Source: a virus. Taken from it: 64,000 bases of DNA. The stretch covers positions 288,001-352,000 of IMG/VR virus record IMGVR_UViG_3300028840_006907. The stretch is one strand, 5' to 3'. Shown piece after piece: positions 39,085 through 49,032 of this stretch; position 1 is the stretch's first letter, and every line of letters begins with the position of its first letter. Both the position numbers and the translations under genes were made by a program. The notes under the pieces were generated by a model that saw only the letters and a list, made by a program, of their open reading frames with translations, made no database searches and had not been told where the DNA came from.

Positions 39085-39759
39085 CTATTCCCGGTAAAAA
39101 GGTGGAAAGGAAACCCAATCTTTCATTCCTTTTAGAACGAGTCCATCTACATCTACCTGCATTCCTCCTACTATTTGGATCATGGGTTTGAACTTTTCAC
39201 AAATTCTTTTTATAAATCGGAAATCATGTTCAGGTTCATGTCTCCAAGGTTCTTCGATGGCCCATTCTCTTTTTACTATATAACAAGGAGTACCTACGTG
39301 GCATATGATAGGAAACATATGAATATCAATTTCAGGAACAAGAACAATTGTCTCGGGATCTCCATCTTTATACATCCGGGATTGCTGACATGACATCTGT
39401 ACTATACCAATCATGTTGTCACGGCAATTTGAGATGAGTGTTTCGAGATAAGTATCTTTGTAACGATCATCATCATCACAAAATACTAGGTATTGTCCCC
39501 GAGAAATTTTTATACCGTGATTTCGTGGTTTCGTTCCTGGAGAGATATCCATATTACCGTAATCTTTTTCGATATTACAGAATTGTGTCCAGGGTCCAGC
39601 AGTTTTCATTAAGTTAATGACATCTACAGGAGGTGGTCCATCATATACTATTATATGTTCAAAATTTTTAAAAGTTTGGTTTTTGAAATCGTTAAGTAAA
39701 TTTGATAGTTCTCTTACACCGCGAGAAGCAGGGGTAATAACACTGATAGTTGGTCCCAT
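39085..39759 (-). CDS. GT2-family glycosyltransferase
   Basis: 'ISVITPASRG...HIIVYDGP' and 'VFCDDDD' are DxD. This is the first gene of the minus-strand operon. Confidence 0.75.
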   Translation of the reverse strand: MGPTISVITPASRGVRELSNLLNDFKNQTFKNFEHIIVYDGPPPVDVINLMKTAGPWTQFCNIEKDYGNMDISPGTKPRNHGIKISRGQYLVFCDDDDRYKDTYLETLISNCRDNMIGIVQMSCQQSRMYKDGDPETIVLVPEIDIHMFPIICHVGTPCYIVKREWAIEEPWRHEPEHDFRFIKRICEKFKPMIQIVGGMQVDVDGLVLKGMKDWVSFPPFYRE

Positions 39760-39996
39760 TTTGTCTCCAAGCCAATTTTAAAAAAGATAAATAAAAATTA
39801 GGTCTCATCATAGTAAAAAATATTAAAAGAATATTAAAATACCCTTTACATGCCATATAAATACTTTTTTCTTTTAGAAGTCCTTATAGTCCAGTAGGTT
39901 ATATATCAATTTAATTATCTTTTAATACAAAATTCCTTTGTATAGATCTAAATTTTCTTTAAAATAGAGATATTAAATTCAAATCTAAATCAAATA

Positions 39997-41475
39997 GTGA
40001 AAGGATTCCTAATGGTAACAGAGTTTACAAAAGGCAAAAATCAAAAATTTGTAGCAACTATATCCTTCAGTCTTAATTGGGATGATAGAGATATTAAATC
40101 TATTAAGATAAAAGAGGGTCAGGAACTTTTCTATGATGGTGAAGTAGCTACTGTAGAAAATGGTGCTGGACAAGTAAAAGGTCGGTGTATGGGGTTAAAA
40201 TCAGCCATTAATGTTATGAATTGGTTGGTTCCTGTGGAAAATGGGGGGTCTTCAAAAACTCCTGAAGTACCAAAAATAGTTAGTGATAGTTTATTTGAGA
40301 ATGATGATTATAAACCAGGAATAGGTGGAAATCTTGACACTTATATCGAACGAACTAATGAAATTGGTGGGAAACGAGAAATTATCAAGGAAGAAGATTT
40401 GATTGTTAAAACTGTCTCACCTATTAATAAGAGAGAAGAGCAACCTAAGAAAGGAAAATTGGAAATAGCAGGAGATCAAGTTGAAGTCCCTAAAGACCGC
40501 CTTTTAGTAAGTAGTACCACTATAAGAACAAAGTCGAGTAAAAGAGATGTCACAATAACCAGAGCTGATGAAATGGGAGCTGATTCGGTACAACCTCTTA
40601 AAAAGGTTAAAGGAACAACTGCTAAAAAAGAAAAGAAAAAAAGTTTTACAGTTGATGATACTACTCCAAGACAAATTCATGAAGATATGAAATTGGATGA
40701 GATCCATCGTATCACTAAAGTTGTAAATGCTGATGAGTCTCAAGATGCTAAAGTTGTAAAGAAAATCGATAGATCTAAAGTAGAAGTCAAAGAAATTGAG
40801 GGAGTTACATTAAAGAGAACCGATTCTCCAAAAGATGTTAAGTTTAATAAAACAACTTCTCCTACTGAAGTTTCTATAAAAACTACTGTTGGTTCTGGAA
40901 GTAATTATTCCGCAGGAGATCAAGGTGGTGTGGTTGTAGGTAGATCTAAAGTTGCTAAAACTGGAGTTGAGAAAAAAGGTCAAGATTTAATTGATGATAT
41001 TTTTGAGGAAGCTCCAGTAATTACTGAAGAGGAAAAACAAAAACAAGCTAAAAAATTAGCTGAGAGAACAAAAAAAGCCCAAGAACGAGCGGCCAGCAGG
41101 AAAAAAAGTTCTAAAGAAACACAGAAAATGATGGAAAAGGAGAAAGAAGTTCAGAATGTAGAAGTTGAAATCCCTGCTGATAAGGCACCTGATCTTATTG
41201 AAGAAGTAAAAGCAGATGATTTAACAAAAATTACATCAGTGGAAATAGATGGTGATTTAACTGAAATAACTTCTGTAAAAGAAGATACTGTTGATTATCT
41301 ATTAATGTTGCCCGATAATTGGAACAAACTACATTGGGTAAAGAAGGAAAAATTTATAAAAGAAGTAACAGATGCTTCCTTTATAAGGTTTATTCTTTCT
41401 ATGGAAATAACCAAAGCAGTCAGAAATGCTTGTTTAGAAAGGTTAGAAGAACTTGGACAGAAAGAGTCAGGCTAA
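39997..41475 (+). CDS. K/E-rich low-complexity protein (possible virion/structural protein)
   Basis: 492 aa with charged repeats. Follows a 237-bp AT-rich divergent intergenic region. Confidence 0.5.
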   Translation: MKGFLMVTEFTKGKNQKFVATISFSLNWDDRDIKSIKIKEGQELFYDGEVATVENGAGQVKGRCMGLKSAINVMNWLVPVENGGSSKTPEVPKIVSDSLFENDDYKPGIGGNLDTYIERTNEIGGKREIIKEEDLIVKTVSPINKREEQPKKGKLEIAGDQVEVPKDRLLVSSTTIRTKSSKRDVTITRADEMGADSVQPLKKVKGTTAKKEKKKSFTVDDTTPRQIHEDMKLDEIHRITKVVNADESQDAKVVKKIDRSKVEVKEIEGVTLKRTDSPKDVKFNKTTSPTEVSIKTTVGSGSNYSAGDQGGVVVGRSKVAKTGVEKKGQDLIDDIFEEAPVITEEEKQKQAKKLAERTKKAQERAASRKKSSKETQKMMEKEKEVQNVEVEIPADKAPDLIEEVKADDLTKITSVEIDGDLTEITSVKEDTVDYLLMLPDNWNKLHWVKKEKFIKEVTDASFIRFILSMEITKAVRNACLERLEELGQKESG

Positions 41476-43231
41476 ACGAATACTTGCGAATGTTGTCGAT
41501 TTTGATATGCATAACCTTTTTCCTCCACGAACCTTTATGGAGAATCTGGAAGATGCATCATCAGGAGAGTTTACATCTCAGCCTCAAAAAACTCTTAGGG
41601 AACGCCCTTATGGTACTCAACCATTAATGGTAACCCCTAAGTATGAGGGTGATTTCCTGAAAAAGTTACGGAAACCCGAACTAGAAGGCAAACCTGTAAT
41701 GCCTTTGGAAAATGTCGTGAATGTTTATGCTGCAAATCCAAATAATTTATGGGATTTCAGTATGCCTTCTGAATGGTTAAAACATCAGGAACGGCCTTTT
41801 CCCCGTAACCTCGTGGATCTCTATTATGAAACAAATAGGCCAGGTGAGGGTGTTGGAGAAAAAACTCTTGATGAATACCATGATCGGGGTTGGGATGCAG
41901 ATGATGCTCCTGAAATGTCAGAAGACAAACCTATTCGTAGAGGACCTTTTCCTGGGAAACCTTTAAAAGTTCCTTTTCATTCGGCATCAAAAAGAGTGGT
42001 GGCGTCATATTTATCTGAGTTTACGGAAAAAGATGAATGTTGTGGACCGAATGTAGGGATAGTTGTAGCATCATATTTAATGAATTGTGTTCCTTCTGAA
42101 TTTATTGTTAATTTTGAAAATATTAAAACCGCTATGTTATTAGAGGGGTTAGAAGAAAGTCGGATTGATAGTAAAACAAAAGGACTTCATAAATTAGAGA
42201 CTGGGGATGTGGTTGTAAGACCTTATAGAAATAGCCCTAAACAGGGTAAATGGATTTTTAAAACATTCTCAGGTCCAAGACCACCTGCAGCAATAGAGTG
42301 GCCTTATACTACAACTTTTGAGTTTATACCACATGGAAGAGAAAAACGAGTAAATAAACTTCATGTAAGAACGAGTTGCACTTGTCCTTCCTGGCTTTTT
42401 TGGGGTGCTCAATATAATGCTACTATGCAGGATTATAGGTATGGTCCTATAAGACCTAAGTTTGCTCCTCCTGACAAAAGAGATAAAAGGCGTAAGTTTT
42501 TAGCCTGTAAACATATCATAGCTTGTATTCCATATTTAGTTGGAACAGGACAACGTGGTAAATTTACCGATGAAGGTTTTTCTCTTCATATGATTGATGT
42601 TCCTGTAGAAAAGAGAAAACGGATCATAAAAGCTCCTAAATTTCAAATAATGAAAAAGGCTCCGATAGAAGAGTTAAGAATACCCCAGGAATTAATGAAA
42701 GCAGGTAAGAAGCCTGAAGTAAGATCTATTGTTTCTGAGTGGAAAACTGCTACTCCGCGTTTAAGAAAATCCATGTTGAAAAAGTTGGATGATGTTCAGG
42801 ATGTCTCTTACATAGCTCATAGGTTTCCTGAATCAGCTACTCATTTAGTTGCTGAGAGATTGAAGGAAATTGGTGATAAGACAAAACAGATGGATGTCAA
42901 GAAAGATGCGGTGGAGGAAATAAAAGTAATAGAGAAGATTGAGGATAAAGTTGAAAAAGCTCTTCCAGAAGTTCCGGCTGAATTGAGTCATTTTGAAGAT
43001 GATGAGAAGATCCAAAATTTATTAAAGGACATTAAAGAAACTCCTGGTTGGGAAAGAAAAAGTACACTTTTGAAGGAACAGGATGATGCTGATGCTCTTG
43101 CATATATGGCAATAGCTTTATATCGAGAGGATTTTGATGAAAGTGTTAATATTATCCTTGAAAAATTAAGTGATATGGTTAAGGAAAAGGGTGATCCAAA
43201 AGCCAAGAAATGGTCGGAGTATATTTATTAA
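41453..43231 (+). CDS. SWIM zinc-finger domain protein
   Basis: 'CTCPSW...x(33)...CKHIIAC' fits CxCx(n)CxH. Confidence 0.5.
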   Translation: MDRKSQAKRILANVVDFDMHNLFPPRTFMENLEDASSGEFTSQPQKTLRERPYGTQPLMVTPKYEGDFLKKLRKPELEGKPVMPLENVVNVYAANPNNLWDFSMPSEWLKHQERPFPRNLVDLYYETNRPGEGVGEKTLDEYHDRGWDADDAPEMSEDKPIRRGPFPGKPLKVPFHSASKRVVASYLSEFTEKDECCGPNVGIVVASYLMNCVPSEFIVNFENIKTAMLLEGLEESRIDSKTKGLHKLETGDVVVRPYRNSPKQGKWIFKTFSGPRPPAAIEWPYTTTFEFIPHGREKRVNKLHVRTSCTCPSWLFWGAQYNATMQDYRYGPIRPKFAPPDKRDKRRKFLACKHIIACIPYLVGTGQRGKFTDEGFSLHMIDVPVEKRKRIIKAPKFQIMKKAPIEELRIPQELMKAGKKPEVRSIVSEWKTATPRLRKSMLKKLDDVQDVSYIAHRFPESATHLVAERLKEIGDKTKQMDVKKDAVEEIKVIEKIEDKVEKALPEVPAELSHFEDDEKIQNLLKDIKETPGWERKSTLLKEQDDADALAYMAIALYREDFDESVNIILEKLSDMVKEKGDPKAKKWSEYIY

Positions 43232-43578
43232 TGAAAATCGTTCCAGACATAATTTATTCAAAATGTAAAACTAGCTTGTATTGTAAAGGAGGAGAGACTC
43301 TAAATGATTCTTTGAATTACGGTTTCGCCTATATAGAACAACAGGATCATATCGTTGAATACATTGTGGCAAACAATCGTGTGATGAAAAGGATTTTGGG
43401 AGAAATCGGTGATTCAAAATTGAAACCTGAAAAACAATTTATTGGAGAACTCTGGACAGCAAAATTATTATTGTCGAATAAATTGCATGATTCACAAATA
43501 CTTTTTTCTAACAGTGTTTTTTCAATAGTTATAAATCTAAATCTAAATCCAAAGGAAGTTGACAATGCCTACATATGA
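43210..43578 (+). CDS. hypothetical protein
   Basis: ORF overlapping its neighbours. No motif. Confidence 0.35.
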   Translation: MVGVYLLMKIVPDIIYSKCKTSLYCKGGETLNDSLNYGFAYIEQQDHIVEYIVANNRVMKRILGEIGDSKLKPEKQFIGELWTAKLLLSNKLHDSQILFSNSVFSIVINLNLNPKEVDNAYI

Positions 43579-43954
43579 CTATTCCTGTTCTTCTTGTAAG
43601 GTAGTAGAAGAGCATATACACCCAATAAATGATGAACCAAAATATAAATGCCCTAAATGCGGTAAAGTAATGAAAAAAATAATTTCAGGTAGTTTCGGAG
43701 GATTTATAATGAAGGGTGGAACACCTGCTATTCATTATAGAGAGAAACAGCAACGCTTAAAAAATAGTGAAAAAATGGAGAAAAAACAGAGGCAAACATG
43801 GGGAGACTCTGGGCCTAAGATAGCCCCCAATATAGCGGGTGTGAGAACTGATTCTTGGTCAGATGCTCAGAAGATGGCTAAAGAGGCAGGAATGAATCAT
43901 GAGAGTTATACACCATATGTAGAGAAGGAAAAGAAGAAAAAAATCATCATTTAA
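43559..43954 (+). CDS. FmdB-family zinc-ribbon protein
   Basis: 'MPTYDYSCSSCKVVEE...YKCPKCGK' matches the FmdB CxxC-x(n)-CPxCG arrangement. Confidence 0.55.
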   Translation: MTMPTYDYSCSSCKVVEEHIHPINDEPKYKCPKCGKVMKKIISGSFGGFIMKGGTPAIHYREKQQRLKNSEKMEKKQRQTWGDSGPKIAPNIAGVRTDSWSDAQKMAKEAGMNHESYTPYVEKEKKKKIII

Positions 43955-44005
43955 GTCTTAATAATCTTTTGATATCGGTTTTATATTAAAATAAGGAATT
44001 TATCT

Positions 44006-44647
44006 ATGAATAGTTTTATTGAACCTCTTTATAAAGCAGTCGATTTGATCAAATTTGGTTGGAGTCGAGAAGCTGGTGCAGTCTCATATAATATGTATGT
44101 AGGACAGACTTCAGGGTCTTTATCACAACTTTACACAGATATACCTGATGTAGCAAGCAAACAACCCGTTGGACTAGGGAAAGTTATCCGTGATGCAACG
44201 ATAGAAGATGTAAGATCGACTTTAAGTCTAGCAAGTACAGTTAATTTTGGTAATAGGACGTTGTATTTTGCCATCACTTATGTAGACTCAGTAGGAGCAG
44301 AAAGTGCCCTAGCTGATTCCAGAATAGTAGAAGTACCCCCAGTTGGCATAACTCCAAAAACTATGAAAGATGATCCAACAATCAGAAGACAGGGATTTGT
44401 CTATAGTGAGGATTTATTAAAATGGGTAAAAATGGCTGGTTCCGCAAGTGGTGCTTTAATTACAAGTGAATCGAGTTTTTATTCAGATAATATTACAACT
44501 GAATATACTTATGACGGAACAAATCTATCGACTGAGAAGTCTTATTTAAGTGATGCCACGACTGCAGGGTCACCGGCAAAATTAAAGACATATACTTATT
44601 CTGGGAGTGATTTAATTAAGGTTGTAGTAACGGACAGCACCGTTTAA
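44006..44647 (+). CDS. hypothetical protein (possible virion protein)
   Basis: ORF with an upstream AT-rich spacer and 'aaggaa' RBS. Confidence 0.45.
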   Translation: MNSFIEPLYKAVDLIKFGWSREAGAVSYNMYVGQTSGSLSQLYTDIPDVASKQPVGLGKVIRDATIEDVRSTLSLASTVNFGNRTLYFAITYVDSVGAESALADSRIVEVPPVGITPKTMKDDPTIRRQGFVYSEDLLKWVKMAGSASGALITSESSFYSDNITTEYTYDGTNLSTEKSYLSDATTAGSPAKLKTYTYSGSDLIKVVVTDSTV

Positions 44648-44723
44648 TAATCTATTGATACGGAAAAAATAGTATATCTCAGGATTATAATGACAATTTA
44701 TTAATAGCTAAGGAGGAAATACC

Positions 44724-44990
44724 ATGGCAATTCCTACAGTAATAGTCAACTATGATGGTACTGATTACGGCAGAGTTTATCTAGGTGATGTTGGTCGAAG
44801 ACATCAGCTCGGAGGTGCGAAGGGCCTTTATTCTTTAGGTCAAGATCGTTATCTCAGTAGTGGTCAAGATGCAACATTTATCGCTACAAGTGATGTAATC
44901 ATGAGTGCCACATATGCCGGAGCAGATAGAACCGGTCAGATTAAGAACATGGAAGACAGGGGTGCCTTTACAGTTACTGACACCTTTTAA
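44724..44990 (+). CDS. hypothetical protein
   Basis: Strong RBS 'aaggagg' 8 nt upstream. Followed by a terminator. Confidence 0.5.
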   Translation: MAIPTVIVNYDGTDYGRVYLGDVGRRHQLGGAKGLYSLGQDRYLSSGQDATFIATSDVIMSATYAGADRTGQIKNMEDRGAFTVTDTF

Positions 44991-45032
44991 ACGGTCATAA
45001 AGATGTAATGTATTAGAAATCAGCCCTTAAGA

Positions 45033-45067
45033 AGGCCACCGTTATTTTTAAGGGTGGCCTTTTTTTA
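45033..45067 (+). terminator. rho-independent terminator
   Basis: Stem 'aggccacc'/'ggtggcct' with an about 12-nt loop, followed by 'ttttttt'. Confidence 0.6.
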
Positions 45068-45113
45068 TAAGATATTAGATAACAGATTTAAATATTAGAT
45101 AAGAGAGTTTTTT

Positions 45114-45410
45114 ATGGACGAAAATGAAATTATTACTGATGACAGTTTTGATGCTTCATCTGGCTATCAAACATGTGATTTATATTTGGCAGCTTTTTTT
45201 CTTTCTGCTGGATGTGAAATGATGAAATCAGTACGGAATAAGAGAACAAAAAGAGTTTATTTTCTTTTTGAAAAGAATCCAACACTGAAAGATTTAAAAT
45301 TAGATTACTTTAGCCGTAAAGCTAAAATTGATGCTTTAACATTTGCTGATAATGTGAAATCTCTTAAAAGTCTATGCCATAATATATCGACTATGAGGGA
45401 TATGAGTTAA
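45114..45410 (+). CDS. hypothetical protein
   Basis: ORF after the terminator. No motif. Confidence 0.4.
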   Translation: MDENEIITDDSFDASSGYQTCDLYLAAFFLSAGCEMMKSVRNKRTKRVYFLFEKNPTLKDLKLDYFSRKAKIDALTFADNVKSLKSLCHNISTMRDMS

Positions 45411-45428
45411 ATCTAAAAGGGGGCATAA

Positions 45429-45599
45429 ATGGCTACCACTATTGTAAATCAAGAAAGAGAAAAGGTGATTTCTCCTACTCTAGGAGATAAAATGTCTTCA
45501 TCAGAGCCTAGTGTTTATTATGTTACACATAAATGGGTTCTTGATTCTACGAGCAATGTGCCTGTTGGTACTCAAGTCGAAATAAGTTTTCCTTCTTAA
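45429..45599 (+). CDS. small hypothetical protein (not in the ORF track, 56 aa)
   Basis: ATG at 45429 preceded by 'aaaggggg'. Reads MATTIVNQEREKVISPTLGDKMSSSEPSVYYVTHKWVLDSTSNVPVGTQVEISFPS. Confidence 0.35.
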   Translation: MATTIVNQEREKVISPTLGDKMSSSEPSVYYVTHKWVLDSTSNVPVGTQVEISFPS

Positions 45600-45613
45600 A
45601 AGGTTTATAATAT

Positions 45614-46051
45614 ATGTTGCTAAATGATTTTGTTCGAGTTGTCAATGCAGCGAAAAAATTCAAAATAAAAGATAAATTTGAATTTATTTCGTTTGATGAT
45701 ATTACTCATGAAACAGGTGGATTGAAAGATGATCCCGAAAGTATTGAAATTTGGGCTGCTGTAAAAATCTTTTATGAAGGCGAACTCCCCGATAGTTATA
45801 AAGCACTCAATCTTATTATCGGGGATTGGGTAGAAAAGAATAAAAGTGAATTAACAAAAGTCCTTCATTCTGAATTGAAATATCACTTTAAAGAAAAATA
45901 TAAAGACAGTGATTCGGAAGAACTGGATAAACTTGATGATTCAGCTATATGGGCGGATCAACTAGATTATATGCCTGCTACAGTTGAAGGTGAAAAAGCA
46001 TTAATGATTGAAATTGAACTTGTTCTTCACGCTGAACCTATCGAGGAATAA
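45614..46051 (+). CDS. hypothetical acidic protein
   Basis: ORF in a plus-strand run. Confidence 0.45.
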   Translation: MLLNDFVRVVNAAKKFKIKDKFEFISFDDITHETGGLKDDPESIEIWAAVKIFYEGELPDSYKALNLIIGDWVEKNKSELTKVLHSELKYHFKEKYKDSDSEELDKLDDSAIWADQLDYMPATVEGEKALMIEIELVLHAEPIEE

Positions 46052-46053
46052 TT

Positions 46054-46431
46054 ATGAGGAAATCTAATGAATCTACTGATAGAGCATGTAATGCTGTTGT
46101 TGACTATATAGATGAAGGATCATTATACTCTGCCGGTAGATTGGTTATTTATCGGCAAGATTCTAGTGTCATGTCAATTCATAGCCTTTCTGATCCAGCA
46201 TGTATAGACTCAACTGATGGGACCGCAGTATTTAATACTATCTATGATGCTACAGCTATGCTAGACGGTACAGCAACAACATTCGATGTATTAAATAAAG
46301 ATGCAAGTAATGTCTTTGATGGAAGCGTATCCTTAACAAATGGCTCAGGTGATCTGAAATTACCTGCTACAACCATATATCAGGATTCCACCATTAATAT
46401 CTCATATGCCTTTTACTCTGTCCCACGGTAA
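46054..46431 (+). CDS. hypothetical protein
   Basis: ORF 3 nt after the previous stop. Confidence 0.45.
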   Translation: MRKSNESTDRACNAVVDYIDEGSLYSAGRLVIYRQDSSVMSIHSLSDPACIDSTDGTAVFNTIYDATAMLDGTATTFDVLNKDASNVFDGSVSLTNGSGDLKLPATTIYQDSTINISYAFYSVPR

Positions 46432-46437
46432 GGTCCT

Positions 46438-47013
46438 ATGGATATTTATGACGGAAAACTATCCCTTGTTGATAGTACCCATATTAGTGAATTTATAGGG
46501 AGTATTACTCTTACTAGTTCTCTTCGACTTGTTGATACCACTCATACCGTTTCCCTTACTGGGTATGTCTTAAATGACTCAACTTATCTCCCTGGTGATG
46601 CTACCTTTGCTCAAGGCAGTGAGCTAACTTCTGCTGATATGACGGTTGTCTTTGCTGACTGGACATATGCTCACGGTGTTCCGAATATTGATGGTACCCT
46701 TGTAGATGGGACTTTAGGTTATAGATGGTTTGATCCATATAGAATTCATTACAGTATTTATTATATGGATTATGATACCTCTGATTTTAATCTTATCGGA
46801 TATAGGTATCGAGAACCAGGTCGTCAAAATGTAGGTTTATATTTTGCCCCTATGATAGTAGGGCAACCTGGTCATTACGAAAATAGATGGGTATATCAAA
46901 GAGAAGTATTGGGCTATTCTCAAGAAATAAGACAAAAATTTACTTCTATGTCCAGTGGCCTGGACGCTATGAGAGATTACCCAGTGGATTCCACTAGTGG
47001 TGACAGTACGTAA
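46438..47013 (+). CDS. hypothetical protein
   Basis: ORF. Thr/Ser/Tyr-rich, possibly structural. Confidence 0.45.
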   Translation: MDIYDGKLSLVDSTHISEFIGSITLTSSLRLVDTTHTVSLTGYVLNDSTYLPGDATFAQGSELTSADMTVVFADWTYAHGVPNIDGTLVDGTLGYRWFDPYRIHYSIYYMDYDTSDFNLIGYRYREPGRQNVGLYFAPMIVGQPGHYENRWVYQREVLGYSQEIRQKFTSMSSGLDAMRDYPVDSTSGDST

Positions 47014-47027
47014 ATGGAGGATTTAAA

Positions 47028-47807
47028 ATGAAAATATCGAATTTAACTTTAGAACTTGATAAAATAGCGGATGAAATCCAGGTCCAGGATCCTACTATAG
47101 CCCTTGCTATTGATAAAATATCTGATGCTTTGGAGAATCCTAAAAAGAAAATCGATCCTTCAACTTTAACAGATGAACAAATTAAAAAGATGAAAGTTCA
47201 TCTTAGAGTCAGAACTGCTCGATATGTTATTAGTAGTGAAACTTTGCATATGTTAAAGGAAGCAGGTCTTAAGGAAGATTTTGATAAAATATTCAGTAAA
47301 GGTAAAGCCACATGGTTTAATTTATGGAATAAAATTAAAGATAAAACTCTTATGGCTGAAATAAAAGCTTTAAATTCTGTCCATGCTATCAAAGAATTCC
47401 TTAAAAAAAATCCTGCAATGAAATGGACTGTATTAAGTGCTATTGCCTTAGGTCTCATATCTTTGCCTTTGGCAGCGAATGTCGATATCATATCTCCAAG
47501 TAATTTAATTGATCTTGTCACTAGTATCGATATTGATATAGTGATGGATCCATCTGGATTCCCTTCTCTTGAAATCACTATTGATGATTCATGGATACAG
47601 GAAGTAGCTCAAGAAAGTATGATGGATGCAAAATCTAAAGAGCAGTTAAAATCCAATCTTAAAGATAGTCTTATGGAGATTTTAACTGAAAAGTATGAAA
47701 GAAGTCCTTTGAAAAAAGTTATTAAAAAAGAACAGATAATTCCACATCTCCAACGAATTATTAAAGAGCAATTATGGCCAAAAATTTTAAAATATTTAGT
47801 TATATAA
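47028..47807 (+). CDS. hypothetical protein with internal hydrophobic segment
   Basis: RBS 'ggagga'. 'WTVLSAIALGLISLPLAA' is a transmembrane-like segment. Confidence 0.45.
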   Translation: MKISNLTLELDKIADEIQVQDPTIALAIDKISDALENPKKKIDPSTLTDEQIKKMKVHLRVRTARYVISSETLHMLKEAGLKEDFDKIFSKGKATWFNLWNKIKDKTLMAEIKALNSVHAIKEFLKKNPAMKWTVLSAIALGLISLPLAANVDIISPSNLIDLVTSIDIDIVMDPSGFPSLEITIDDSWIQEVAQESMMDAKSKEQLKSNLKDSLMEILTEKYERSPLKKVIKKEQIIPHLQRIIKEQLWPKILKYLVI

Positions 47808-47822
47808 TAAAGGAGATATAAG

Positions 47823-47966
47823 ATGCCTACTAGAAAAGTTTATGGTGGTAAAAATTATGATTGGAATTATGGTAGAACCAGAGATGATTTAAAAGCTGAA
47901 GCAAAATGGAAAGAATCAAAAGACCGGAAAGAACGTCAAGAACAAGACAAAAGAAATAAGAAATAA
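47823..47966 (+). CDS. small basic protein (not in the ORF track, 47 aa)
   Basis: ATG at 47823 preceded by 'aaggagat'. K/R-rich. Its stop abuts the next ATG at 47967. Confidence 0.3.
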   Translation: MPTRKVYGGKNYDWNYGRTRDDLKAEAKWKESKDRKERQEQDKRNKK

Positions 47967-48536
47967 ATGTTTTATAGAAGAGAATTAATTGATCTAAATT
48001 CTAGTGAAGGAAAGACTCTAATGGAATGTATGTTGCCAGGTTGTCAGGGCAATGAGTTTAAAGAGACTGTTGCCAATAGATTAAGAAAAGTCTCACGGAT
48101 ACTTAAGGCTCAATTCTATGACATCGATCCTGAAATGCTCCTGAGACTATATCAGGATTATCTCGAAGAAATGCCTGATAATTGGAATTATATCCTTCCA
48201 CCTGAACTTAATGAAATTATAAAAAGTGGTCAGGCTAGTAATTATTTTCTACTTGATATTCGGAAACCTGAAGATTTTCAGGAAGTTCGTATACCAGGTA
48301 CAGTAAATATCTATTGGCAAGATGTATTGAAAAAAGAAAATTTAAATAAATTGCCTATTGATAAAGAAATAATAATTATTTGTTATCTTGGTCATACAAG
48401 TTCTCAGATCTTGGTTATTTTGTCCACATTAGGTTACCGTTGTAGATCTCTGAAGTTCGGGATGGGTAAAAGTCCCGATGTAAAAGTACTTATAAAGGGT
48501 TGGTTGGATTATAATTTCCCAGTGATAAAACAATAG
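47967..48536 (+). CDS. rhodanese-domain protein
   Basis: 'YFLLDIRKPEDFQEVRIPGTVNI' is the rhodanese N-motif. 'IIICYLGHTSSQ' is the active-site Cys loop (CxxGxx). Confidence 0.55.
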   Translation: MFYRRELIDLNSSEGKTLMECMLPGCQGNEFKETVANRLRKVSRILKAQFYDIDPEMLLRLYQDYLEEMPDNWNYILPPELNEIIKSGQASNYFLLDIRKPEDFQEVRIPGTVNIYWQDVLKKENLNKLPIDKEIIIICYLGHTSSQILVILSTLGYRCRSLKFGMGKSPDVKVLIKGWLDYNFPVIKQ

Positions 48537-48543
48537 ATTTATT

Positions 48544-49032
48544 ATGAATAAGCAATCGTTTAATAAAGAAAATGTTACAGAACTTCTTAGTCAATTGAAA
48601 AAAGTAGTTAATCGGGATTTGGGTGATGAATATAATCAGGAATTAATAGAATTAAGTAGGAAAATAGACCGAAATTTTAAAAAGAGAAAATTAGTAATGC
48701 GGGTGGCTTCTAATTTTTTAAAAACTATTCTTGCTACAATGGCATATAGTACTCATGGTAAATGGTCACCTTCAAAAGAGATTTATAAAACTGAAAAAGA
48801 ACGTGGTAATAAAGTTGATAAACTTCTTTTACAAGAAAATTATGACGCTATTTGGGTATGCCCTAAACCAGAAGATTGTGTAAGATATAATAGAAGTAGT
48901 GATGAAGAAGATGATCCTGTAACACAGGAAGAAATTGATGAACTCGTCAAAGTCAATTTGAGTGGAGCTACACACGTAAAATCTATGGATGATGGTGATG
49001 GCGGGGAATTATGGATTAGAAAGGCAAAGTAG
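48544..49032 (+). CDS. hypothetical protein
   Basis: ORF. No motif. Confidence 0.45.
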   Translation: MNKQSFNKENVTELLSQLKKVVNRDLGDEYNQELIELSRKIDRNFKKRKLVMRVASNFLKTILATMAYSTHGKWSPSKEIYKTEKERGNKVDKLLLQENYDAIWVCPKPEDCVRYNRSSDEEDDPVTQEEIDELVKVNLSGATHVKSMDDGDGGELWIRKAK

